Assembly (NCBI GenBank): GCA_041576165.1
Contig: JBFGLM010000011.1
Location: 37,657 to 101,656 of the forward strand
Direction: 5' to 3'
Length of the DNA: 64,000 nt
Source: Acidimicrobiia bacterium
GTDB lineage: Bacteria > Actinomycetota > Acidimicrobiia > Spongiisociales > Spongiisociaceae
Positions 10,029 to 18,813 of the stretch are shown here, piece after piece (position 1 is the first letter of the stretch; each line of letters opens with the position of its first letter). A program made the position numbers and the translations under genes. A model generated the notes under the pieces. That model ran no database searches and had not been told where the DNA came from. It worked only from the letters and a program-made list of their open reading frames with translations.

Positions 10029-10493
10029 TTGGCGCGCACACAGTTTGAGGCATTCTTCAACAAGGCGGAGCCCGGGCTTCGATACGCGCTCGTCGGTGCG
10101 TTCGGTCCCGAGATCGGCCGCGAAGCGGCGGCCGATGCCCTCGCGTATGGCTGGGAGCATTGGAATCGGATATCGCGCATGGAGAATCCGGCCGGGTACC
10201 TCTACCGGGTGGGCCAGGGACGGGCGAAGCGAGCGTTGCGACGGGGGGCGCAGCAACCCCCCGGGGAGGTTTCACCTGTATCCGACGGTGCGCCAATGGT
10301 TGAGCCGGCCCTGGAACCGGCCATGAGTGAGCTCACCCAGCGCCAGCGCCAGATCGTCTACCTGGTGGCCGGTGCCGACCTGGGGATCCGGGAGACAGCC
10401 CGGATCCTGGGCCTTTCACCGGGCGCGGTGCAAAACCACTATCAGCGAGGCCTCGAGCACCTCCGGACCGAATTGGGTGTGAACGATGTTTGA
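10029..10493 (+). CDS. ECF-type RNA polymerase sigma factor (start uncertain)
   Basis: Region 2 (EAAADALAYGWEHW..NPAGYLYRV) and region 4 HTH (ETARILGLSPGAVQNHYQRG). Confidence 0.85.
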   Translation: MARTQFEAFFNKAEPGLRYALVGAFGPEIGREAAADALAYGWEHWNRISRMENPAGYLYRVGQGRAKRALRRGAQQPPGEVSPVSDGAPMVEPALEPAMSELTQRQRQIVYLVAGADLGIRETARILGLSPGAVQNHYQRGLEHLRTELGVNDV

Positions 10494-11595
10494 CCTGGGT
10501 GAACGCATCAGGCAGCACGTCGATCGTGCCGCACCAGCAATCGACCTGGAAGAGATCCAGGTCAGAGTATCCCCGGCCGCTCGCGGCCTGACTGCCAGGG
10601 AGGATGAAGTGCCAGGTAAGAGAGCACTGCTCGTTTTCGCAACCGCTTTCGTCGGCGTACTTGTGGCCGGCGTTGCGTTTGCACAGGTCGGCGCATTCGC
10701 GCCAGACGACCCGACTGACCCGCCGCCCACGGCGCGCCAGGAGGTCGATCCGGAGGCTTCGAGCGAGGCTGAGCCCGCTGCGTCCATCCCGGATGACGAT
10801 CTCATCGAATATGTGGAAAGCAGCACACCACACAAAGATCCGGAGGGCGAACCGCACCCTGAAGAGGAAGCCGGGGCCCCGGAGGAAGAGCCGCCGCTCG
10901 AGGATCGGGCCGACACGACGCCACCAGAATTCGTGATTCTCCACCCCGACGACGGCCAGCGCTTCGAAGTGGAGAAGGTCGCTTTCGAAGGCGAGGTCGA
11001 GCCGGGCGCCCGGGTGTTCGCTGGCGATTGGGAAGCTGACGTCACCGCCGACGGCCGCTGGCGCATCGTGCTGATCCTCAACGAGGGCCAAAACGTGGCG
11101 ACCCTCACTGCGGTCGACGAGGCCGGTAACGCTGCCAGCGACACGGTGACGGTCCACTACGACCCCCCACGGCCGATCGAGAGCGAGGAGCCACCGGGCC
11201 AGAAGGAGCCGCCCAAGGAGGAGCCCCCCAAAGAAGAACCGCCGGTAGAGGAACCTCCCGCCGAACCAGAGGAACCTCCCGCCGAAGAACCCCCCGTTGA
11301 GGGTGGCGGGGCCAGCGAGGAACCCGCCAGCGTCAGCTTCACCGCGAACCAACAGTTCGGCTCTTGCGGCGAGGAGCTGCCCTATGACGTGTTCTGGGGC
11401 ACCGCAAACCCGGGATCCACGGTGTACATCGCGTCGGACTTCGGATCGGGAACCACGACTGCGAACGCCAGCGGCCATTGGGAGATCAGGGTGGATTTCC
11501 CCAACGCGCCCTTCAACGACGCATTCAATGTCGTAGCCGAGGCCGATGGCGGCCGAAAGGTGTTCTCGTTCATCCGCACGGGGGGAGACGGCTGA
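10486..11595 (+). CDS. Membrane-anchored protein with Ig-like domains and Pro/Glu linkers; putative anti-sigma or sigma-associated protein
   Basis: Overlaps sigma stop; one TM helix; Ig-like LNEGQNVATLTAVDEAGN; EEPP repeats. Confidence 0.7.
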   Translation: MFDLGERIRQHVDRAAPAIDLEEIQVRVSPAARGLTAREDEVPGKRALLVFATAFVGVLVAGVAFAQVGAFAPDDPTDPPPTARQEVDPEASSEAEPAASIPDDDLIEYVESSTPHKDPEGEPHPEEEAGAPEEEPPLEDRADTTPPEFVILHPDDGQRFEVEKVAFEGEVEPGARVFAGDWEADVTADGRWRIVLILNEGQNVATLTAVDEAGNAASDTVTVHYDPPRPIESEEPPGQKEPPKEEPPKEEPPVEEPPAEPEEPPAEEPPVEGGGASEEPASVSFTANQQFGSCGEELPYDVFWGTANPGSTVYIASDFGSGTTTANASGHWEIRVDFPNAPFNDAFNVVAEADGGRKVFSFIRTGGDG

Positions 11596-11610
11596 ACAGA
11601 CCGCCAGGCA

Positions 11611-11646
11611 CCCGGTGGGGTCGAGATGCCAGGCGACCCCACCGGG
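11611..11646 (+). terminator. GC-rich hairpin, probable intrinsic terminator
   Basis: 13-bp inverted repeat CCCGGTGGGGTCG/CGACCCCACCGGG just after stop 11595. Confidence 0.6.
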
Positions 11647-11960
11647 CAGGCGCCGGGTTGGGCTGTCGCAGCCCAATGTGCCTGTCCGCCGCTCGGGCCT
11701 TTCCGCCGGGCCCGGGCCGCGGACCTGGCCAGCGCCTGACTCCACCGCCCTGGGCGATCCCGCCGGACCACACGGGCCTCAGGTGGCGCACGCAACGGCG
11801 GTTTGGGGATCCTTCCTGCCAGGAGCGCCACGGGGATGGCCGCCGGCGCCCGGACCGACCACGGCGAGCCATGGCCGCTCATCGCCAACAGCGCCAGTCG
11901 TCGGCAGCCACCCGAACAGACCTCCAGGACGATCACGACCTAGGTAGGCGTGACGGAAGT

Positions 11961-12683
11961 TCAACCGCCTGCAGGGCGGTGTTCGTCACCCGCCGCGATC
12001 CAGGCGGCCACATATGACGCCACGTTGATTGCTCCGTGCACCAGCGTCGGCGCAAGCACCGATTGCGCTTTGCGGCGCAACATGCCGAAACCCATCCCCG
12101 CCACCGCTGTCAAACAGACCGAACCGGCGACTGCGGCCGTCTTCCTCGACGTAGTGCGGGCCAGTCGGCCGGATCGATACACGTGGACGGTTTTCAAGGT
12201 AGGGAGCACGTGCCACACCCCGAACACGACACTGGTCAGGGAGTTGGCGCGGGCCTCGCCCAACCGTCGGGCCCACCAAGCCCATAGGAACCCGCGGAAG
12301 AGGGACTCCTCGAACAGCGCAGTACCGACGGGGATCCGGAACAAGACCTCCGCGGCAAAGTCTGCCAAGCCCTGCTGCTCCACCCTCTCGTCACGGAAGA
12401 GTTGTCGCAATCGAGGACCGGCCGCCGCGACCGTTACGGCCAGGGCGATCGCGGCGGCGATTGGGCCGCCAATATTCGAACCCCGTCTCAGCGCCCCGGG
12501 TCCCACTCCAAGCTCATCGGTCCCGAGCCCCAAGACCCGGCCGATGCCCATCGTTCCCATGACCCCCAGCGCGTTGAGGCTGCCGTAGGCTTGTCGCGAT
12601 ACGTTGTTCTGGGCAATGTTCCACGCACCGACTCCGGCCAGAAGGGCCAGGTCGACGCGATGGTGAGCTTCCACGGGGGCCAT
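11961..12683 (-). CDS. CPBP (CAAX protease/Abi) family intramembrane metalloprotease
   Basis: FEESLFRG, FGVWH and HGAIN motifs. Confidence 0.9.
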   Translation of the reverse strand: MAPVEAHHRVDLALLAGVGAWNIAQNNVSRQAYGSLNALGVMGTMGIGRVLGLGTDELGVGPGALRRGSNIGGPIAAAIALAVTVAAAGPRLRQLFRDERVEQQGLADFAAEVLFRIPVGTALFEESLFRGFLWAWWARRLGEARANSLTSVVFGVWHVLPTLKTVHVYRSGRLARTTSRKTAAVAGSVCLTAVAGMGFGMLRRKAQSVLAPTLVHGAINVASYVAAWIAAGDEHRPAGG

Positions 12684-12751
12684 AGTGCCACGGTCGGGCA
12701 GTTGTTGCGGCAGTCTCCCAGTGACGTAGTCAACCGAGACAGGGCAAACTC

Positions 12752-14137
12752 ATGGCTGCGTACATCTCACATACCAGACGGGTGGCGCAAGAGACTCCAC
12801 CAGAGCGCAACCGTGTCGTCGATTTCTGGCGAGCCGTCGCGATCTGTGTGGTCGTGTTAGGCCACTGGCTCGCAGCTTCCATCTGGCTGCAACCTGACGG
12901 TGAGATCGCGCTCCTGAACTCGCTGCAATGGATTCCCTACGCGGCGTGGGTCACGTGGCTCGTGCAGGTCATGCCGATCTTCTTCATCGCAGGCGGTTAT
13001 GCCAACGCCCGCGGCCTGCGCCACGTGGAGCGCGGCGAACAGCTGCGGCGAGACTGGATCACCGCCCGAGCGCGTCGATTGTTCACGCCGGTGGTCCCGC
13101 TGCTGGTGGTATGGGTGGGGCTGATCCTTGCGCTTCGCCCGTTCGTGCCCAGTGAGGTGGTGTACGCAGGCGCAATGTCGGCCACGGTCCCACTGTGGTT
13201 CCTGGCGGTTTACATGACCTTGACTGCACTGGCGCCGATCACCCACGCGTGGTGGCGTCGGTCGGGCCTGACCAGCGCTGCGGCTCTGCTGATTGCGGCG
13301 ATTGGGATTGACGTCTTGCGCTTCATCGTCGAGGTGCCCGGCATTGGATGGGTCAACTTCATCTTCGTGTGGGCAGCGGTTCATCAGCTTGGGTATTGGT
13401 GGTCGCGCCGCGACCGGACGGGGGGCTTCCCCGCCGGGCACGGCCGGCTGGTGGCCATCACTGCGCTGGGCGTTCTGATCGCGGTCACGTGGATGGGGCT
13501 GTATCCGGTGGCCATGGTGGGCGTCCCAGGTGCGGGACTGACGAACATGACACCACCCACGGCGGCCATGTTTCTCTTGGGCTTGGCCCAAGCCGGAATC
13601 ATCTGGGGAACCCAGCCCGCCATCTCGAAGTTCGTCTCACGGGCCGCCCGCTGGCAGGTGATCGTTGCCATCTCCGGAGTGATCATGACGCTGTACCTGT
13701 GGCACCTCACAGCGATGTCGCTCGTGGCAGCTGTGTTCTTGCACGTGGCCGGCGGCGCAGTGTTCAAAGTGGAACCGGGCACGACGCTGTGGTGGGTTAC
13801 CCGCCCACTCTGGGTTGGTGCGCTGGCAAGCGTTGCGTTGGGGCTCGTCACGCTCTTCGCCCGCTTCGAGTGGCGTGTGTCCCGTGCCACCGCCCCGACT
13901 AGCCGACGAACGGTGCTGATAGGCGTGTTGCTCTCGGCTGGCTCGGCGGCGGCCGTCGCCAACTTCGGGATTGTGACACCGGACGCCGTCATCAACTGGA
14001 GTATCCCGATCGCCGCCGTCCTCGGAGCGTGGCTGCTAGGGGCCCTCCCCGGTTTCGGAGATGGACGCCGCAAACTCGATGACCCGTCCCCTGCGTCACG
14101 GAGATCTGACCGCCCGAACGCCCGGGAGCGGCCTTGA
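12752..14137 (+). CDS. Acyltransferase 3 family membrane protein
   Basis: RNRVVDFWRAVAI..VVLGHW, QVMPIFF, LWFLAVY and TLYLWH motifs; many TM helices. Confidence 0.88.
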   Translation: MAAYISHTRRVAQETPPERNRVVDFWRAVAICVVVLGHWLAASIWLQPDGEIALLNSLQWIPYAAWVTWLVQVMPIFFIAGGYANARGLRHVERGEQLRRDWITARARRLFTPVVPLLVVWVGLILALRPFVPSEVVYAGAMSATVPLWFLAVYMTLTALAPITHAWWRRSGLTSAAALLIAAIGIDVLRFIVEVPGIGWVNFIFVWAAVHQLGYWWSRRDRTGGFPAGHGRLVAITALGVLIAVTWMGLYPVAMVGVPGAGLTNMTPPTAAMFLLGLAQAGIIWGTQPAISKFVSRAARWQVIVAISGVIMTLYLWHLTAMSLVAAVFLHVAGGAVFKVEPGTTLWWVTRPLWVGALASVALGLVTLFARFEWRVSRATAPTSRRTVLIGVLLSAGSAAAVANFGIVTPDAVINWSIPIAAVLGAWLLGALPGFGDGRRKLDDPSPASRRSDRPNARERP

Positions 14138-14390
14138 ATGGGTATCAAGACCCACCTCCGGATCACCGAGCCGAATTCCCGGTCACTCGCACTAGATAGT
14201 CCAGGGGTACCTCCCAGTCGTCGGACCCCCGTCAGCGGGAACTTCGCTGCGGTGGTTGCGAGCATCGGACGGATGACGCCACCTCGAATGCCAATTCGTT
14301 GTCCGTTCTAGCGTTGGGCCATTGGACCCTGTCCGACCCGTGAACGTCGTCAGACGATGAGTCCATTCTCGAGATGAGGAGGCCATCGAG

Positions 14391-14840
14391 GTGGCTGAGA
14401 TCCAGAAATCCCCTGACCGTACTGCTCGGGAGTGGTACCCGTTCACCGATTTCGACCTGCTGCGGCAGCAGTTCGAAGACATCGCTCGATTGCCTTCACC
14501 TTGGTTTCGCTGGCCACACGTCGAATTTGTGCCCTTGGCCGACATCGAGGAGACAGACGAGGCATGGGTCGTCGAGGTTGAGCTGCCGGGCGTCTCTAAG
14601 AAGGACATCGAGGTCGAGGTCCACGGTCGAACGGTGGTGATCGCCGGAGAGCGGAAGGAAAAGGAGCGTACCGGCGTCGTTCGGCAGAAGCGTCGCGTCA
14701 CAGGGTCGTTCCGCTATGAGGTCACCCTGCCGGGCGACTTTGACGACGCGGCAGTGGAGGCCTCGCTGGCAAACGGGGAGCTGACACTGCGGCTTCCGAA
14801 GTCAGAGGCGGATCAACCGCACAAGATCAAGGTCAGCTGA
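14391..14840 (+). CDS. Small heat shock protein, Hsp20/alpha-crystallin family
   Basis: DIEETD..VEVELPGV..GSFRYEVTLP..ASLANGELTLRLPK; SD GAGGAGG. Confidence 0.93.
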   Translation: MAEIQKSPDRTAREWYPFTDFDLLRQQFEDIARLPSPWFRWPHVEFVPLADIEETDEAWVVEVELPGVSKKDIEVEVHGRTVVIAGERKEKERTGVVRQKRRVTGSFRYEVTLPGDFDDAAVEASLANGELTLRLPKSEADQPHKIKVS

Positions 14841-14974
14841 CCACCGACGCAGCAGCAGGCGCATCACTCCCCGCCGTCGTCGTCATCGCAGAGCGTGGAT
14901 ATGTCGCATTGGCACCCGGGAGGCAGGTCCCCAGAACCGGCCTCGACCGTGCTCCCCTGCCACACGATCTCGCA

Positions 14975-15010
14975 GGCGCCCGGCCGGCACCCCCCGGCCG
15001 GCCGGGCGCC
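14975..15010. terminator. Hairpin between convergent hsp20 and dodecin genes
   Basis: 14-bp inverted repeat GGCGCCCGGCCGGC/GCCGGCCGGGCGCC. Confidence 0.55.
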
Positions 15011-15024
15011 GCGTTCTGTGCGTT

Positions 15025-15228
15025 TCAGTCGAGGACGAAGGTGACCAACAGATTCACCTGGTATTCCACAATCTGACCGTCCTCGACCTTGACCTGTTGC
15101 TCCTTTACCCACGCCGATGCCACCTGGCGCAGCGTGCTCGTCGCCCGCTCCACACCAATTCGGATCGCATCTTCGAAGTTCTTGGAGGACCGAGCCGAAA
15201 TCTCGGTCACTCGTGCTACATCGCCCAT
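15025..15228 (-). CDS. Dodecin family protein
   Basis: 67 aa VARVTEISARS..FEDAI..GVERA..YQVNLLVTFVLD; SD GGAGG. Confidence 0.9.
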   Translation of the reverse strand: MGDVARVTEISARSSKNFEDAIRIGVERATSTLRQVASAWVKEQQVKVEDGQIVEYQVNLLVTFVLD

Positions 15229-15313
15229 GGGGCACCTCCCAGTTGTTGGACCCGCCTATTCAACAGGACGGTCTCGCCCGTTGCCAGGGGCCGGCTTCTG
15301 GTTCGAGTCAGAT

Positions 15314-15956
15314 CTACTCGGCGCCCGTCTCGCTTGTTTGGTGTTCGGCCTGATCCAGCCAGTCGGACCGAATGTCCACCCCCCAACCCGGGCCGTCGGG
15401 GATTCGCACGTGGCCGTCCTCCACGACCAGCACCGGTTCATACACGCCGTACTGCCAGGGGTAGTAGTCCGGTCCTTCAATCGACCACTCCACATAACCT
15501 CCACCGTTCGGCACGGCCCCCATCAGATGAAGCGTGAACACGGTCACCAACGACAGGTTTGCCGAGTGGGGCATTACCGGCACCCCCACGGCTCCAGCCA
15601 TCGCTGCGACCCGTCGCGCCCGCTCCACACCGCCGACGTAGAGCACATCCGGTTGCGCGACATCGAATGTGCGTCCGGCAATCAGCCGGCGCCATGTAGC
15701 CAAGTCCCAGTCCTGTTCTCCGCCGGTGACGAGGATGTCGAGGTCGTGGAGCGCGGCCCGCACGCCGCGCAGTTTGTTCGTACTCCCAATACGGGCACGG
15801 CTCTTCGAAGTGGGCGACGCGATGGAACACCCGGGCAGCAATGTCCGCGTGGTAGGGCGATATCTGCCCCCAACCTTGTTGCCCGCCGTCATCCGTGAGA
15901 CGAACCAACGCCAGATCGGCCGTGGCGAACGTCTCGAGACGGGTGATGATGCTCAT
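15314..15956 (-). pseudogene. Mandelate racemase/muconate lactonizing enzyme family pseudogene
   Basis: N-terminus (ITRLETF..GWGQISPYHADIAARVFHR) joined directly to HFEEPCPYW; frameshift into GGEQDWD..QPDVLYVGG..PHSAN..IPDGPGWGV. Confidence 0.8.
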
Positions 15957-16014
15957 CGGAACGACTCGTCCATCCGTGCGGTAGCCGGGAGATTCGCGAA
16001 TGCGCGGCCGGCAA

Positions 16015-17796
16015 TCATCGCTGGGGGCGAGCCAGCACCACAACCGTGTACGGAGCCAACCCGATCATCGCTCGGGCCGGCATCGAATCGCGAGGTATCG
16101 GGACGGCGTCGACCGTCGGCGAGCCGCTGCCCTCGAACGACGGGTGGTATACCGGAGCATCGCTGTCGAACACAACCCTCCACTCGCCCGCCTGGGGAAA
16201 ACCCAACTCATACGCGGGATAGCGTCGATCGGCAAAGTTCGCAACCACCACCACGCCATCGTCGTCAGACCAGCGCCAGTACCCGATCACCTTGTCAACG
16301 TCGTTGATGTGATGGACGTGCACATACTGACCCAGCAGCCCGGACGAGACGCCGTGCAGATTCCGCCGGAGCGCGATCAGGTCCCGATACATGCGGACGA
16401 CACCCGACTGCGTATCGATCCGGCTCCAATCGACCGGATCGTCATCTCGGAACCAGCGGTCCTCCAGGAGCTCCTGTCCCTGGAAGATCATTGGAACGCC
16501 GGGAGTGGTGAAGACCAGCGCTGCTCCCAGCGTCGAACGCTTCACTGCGTACCAGCTGTCAGCCCGACCCGGCCAGATCTCTTCCGGCAATCGAGCCCGA
16601 CCGTTGGCGACTTCATCGTGTGACTCGGTGTAGACGACCCGTCGAAAAGCATCGTCGCCCAATCGATGTTCGATGGCGCCGGCTACGGCCCACATGTCTC
16701 GGTGGGCATCGTCGGTTGCAACCAGCGCAGACCGGACCGGATGCACGAATTGCTCATCCCACTGCGCGTCAAACCCTGCCCCGCCGTGCGCCGTCGGCTC
16801 GGTAATCGATGGATGACCGCGAAGATCCTCGGCAATGGAGATTTTCCACGGCTGGCGTCTGTTGATCTCGTCGTTGATCCACCGCATGAGGCCCCACCCG
16901 TCACCCAATTCAGCTGCCGGATCCCAGCCACCCCATACGTTCCGGATGTATGCGGTGGCATCCCATCTCAGCCCATCGATCCGGTAGTCCTCCAACCACA
17001 TCAGCGCGTTGTCCCGCAGGTAGCTGCGGACCTCGGGCCGCCCGTAGTCCGGGCGGGTGTCACCCCAGGGTGTGCGGCGCCGCCAGTCGTTGTAGAAGTA
17101 GATCCCGCCACTGTCGTTTTCATACCAGCCGTCGAAACGCCACAGGTCGAGATCCGAAGGGCCCAAGTGGTTGTAGACCACATCCAGGATCACGGCGATG
17201 CCGGCTTCGTGGCAGGCTCGGATGAACTCCTTGAACGCATCCGGCCCGCCGTAATCGCTCTCGATCGCGAACGGATGGGCAGGGTTGTAGCCCCATGACC
17301 GCTCCCCGGGAAACTCCATAGGCGGCATCAGCTCCACCACATTGATGCCCAGGCTCTGCAAGTGTCCCAACCGTCCGATCGCCGACCCGAAGTCACCTGG
17401 TTGGTCCCCCGGCGGATCGGTGAACGTTCCGAGGTGGAGCTCGTAGATCACCATCTCATTCCAGGGCGGGGTTCGGTAGTCGTCCGGGGTCAGCCAGTCG
17501 TAGCCTTCCCGGGCGTACACGACCGCGTTGCCGACGCTGCTGGTCAGCTGCCGGGCATATGGATCCACCCGATAGAGGGCCTCCCCCGCCTGGATTATGA
17601 ACTTGTATTCGTCACCGGTGGCGGCACCCTTCACCCAGCCCGCCCAGTAGCCGTCGCCCTCATGCTCTAGCGGATCGGCTTCCACTGCCCAGCCGTTGAA
17701 TGATCCCACGACTGCGACGCCGGATGCGTTCGGAGCCCAAACCCGGAACGTCACCCCCCGTTCGTCGGGAATCGCACCCATCCCTGGTTTCCTCAT
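16015..17796 (-). CDS. GH13 alpha-amylase family enzyme with CBM48 (GlgB/TreZ-like)
   Basis: FRVWAPNA, WGYNP, DVVYNH, catalytic GLRWDAT, IAED and ESHDEV. Confidence 0.92.
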   Translation of the reverse strand: MRKPGMGAIPDERGVTFRVWAPNASGVAVVGSFNGWAVEADPLEHEGDGYWAGWVKGAATGDEYKFIIQAGEALYRVDPYARQLTSSVGNAVVYAREGYDWLTPDDYRTPPWNEMVIYELHLGTFTDPPGDQPGDFGSAIGRLGHLQSLGINVVELMPPMEFPGERSWGYNPAHPFAIESDYGGPDAFKEFIRACHEAGIAVILDVVYNHLGPSDLDLWRFDGWYENDSGGIYFYNDWRRRTPWGDTRPDYGRPEVRSYLRDNALMWLEDYRIDGLRWDATAYIRNVWGGWDPAAELGDGWGLMRWINDEINRRQPWKISIAEDLRGHPSITEPTAHGGAGFDAQWDEQFVHPVRSALVATDDAHRDMWAVAGAIEHRLGDDAFRRVVYTESHDEVANGRARLPEEIWPGRADSWYAVKRSTLGAALVFTTPGVPMIFQGQELLEDRWFRDDDPVDWSRIDTQSGVVRMYRDLIALRRNLHGVSSGLLGQYVHVHHINDVDKVIGYWRWSDDDGVVVVANFADRRYPAYELGFPQAGEWRVVFDSDAPVYHPSFEGSGSPTVDAVPIPRDSMPARAMIGLAPYTVVVLARPQR

Positions 17797-18000
17797 GTCG
17801 ACTCCGTCCCTGGAAGTTCATTGTCGGCTGCACCGGGCCGTGAGTTTCGTCTGCTGATCGGGAGGTGAACCCTATCTCCGGCAGTGCCGGCACCGGGGCG
17901 TGGCAGCGCTTCCTCGCGATCCTATCCCCTCCCAAATGGCCGCCAAGTCGGCTCCTGATCGACTCCAAGCGGGCCTACGACGATCTGGGTATCCGAGCGT

Positions 18001-18016
18001 GAGAGAGAGAGAGAGA
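18001..18016 (+). repeat. (GA)8 dinucleotide tract next to the SD of the ABC ATPase
   Basis: GAGAGAGAGAGAGAGAGGATAACTATG. Confidence 0.9.
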
Positions 18017-18024
18017 GGATAACT

Positions 18025-18813
18025 ATGGTGGACCAACTCACCCACGGTGCCCCATTCGCCCATGAGGAGGCGGCAGGGGCACCCGCTGATGCCGTTTCCG
18101 CCACGTCTCTCACGCGCGTCTTCGGCGCGGGCCCCACCGAGGTCAGGGCGCTGGATGACGTCACGCTTGCGTTCCCGTCCGGCGAGCTCACCGCCATCAT
18201 GGGCCCGTCCGGTTCGGGTAAATCAACCCTCCTGCACACGCTCGGAGGGCTCGATCGGCCCGACTCCGGCGCCGTCCACATCGGCGATACCGAAATCACT
18301 GCCCTGCGTGATCGCGAGCTGACCCGCCTGCGTCGGATCGCGATCGGCTTCGTATTCCAGGAGTTCAACCTCATTCCGTCGCTGAGCGCGGTGGACAACA
18401 TCACCCTGCCGCTCCGGCTGGCGGGCGACCGGGCGGACCCGACGTGGCTGGGCGAGGTGGTCGGAATCGTCGGCCTCGAAGATCGTCTGGCGCATCGTCC
18501 CCATGAGCTATCCGGCGGCCAGCAACAGCGCGTCGCCGTGGCGCGGGCGCTCATCACGCGACCGACGGTGATTCTCGCCGATGAGCCGACCGGCAACCTC
18601 GACTCGAACTCGAGCATTGAAGTGATGACCTACTTGCAAAGGTCTGTCCGTAATCACGGACAGACCGTGGTCATGGTCACCCACGATCCCCAGACCGCGG
18701 CATACGCCGACCGGGTTGTGTTCCTGGCAGACGGCCGCACTGCCGGCGAGCTGATCGCTCCTACCGTCCCGGCGGTTCTCGAACGGATGGGAGCATTGGG
18801 GGCGATCCGATGA
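18025..18813 (+). CDS. ABC transporter ATP-binding protein (LolD/MacB-like)
   Basis: Walker [28 protein letters not shown]. Confidence 0.95.
   Translation: MVDQLTHGAPFAHEEAAGAPADAVSATSLTRVFGAGPTEVRALDDVTLAFPSGELTAIMGPSGSGKSTLLHTLGGLDRPDSGAVHIGDTEITALRDRELTRLRRIAIGFVFQEFNLIPSLSAVDNITLPLRLAGDRADPTWLGEVVGIVGLEDRLAHRPHELSGGQQQRVAVARALITRPTVILADEPTGNLDSNSSIEVMTYLQRSVRNHGQTVVMVTHDPQTAAYADRVVFLADGRTAGELIAPTVPAVLERMGALGAIR

Noticed and set aside
11185-11300. Tandem repeats as a possible CRISPR or VNTR
   Set aside because: In-frame coding repeats for the EEPP linker, with no spacers
14270-14310. CIRCE/HAIR heat-shock operator upstream of hsp20
   Set aside because: Only a half-site-like TTGGCATTC on the minus strand; no second arm
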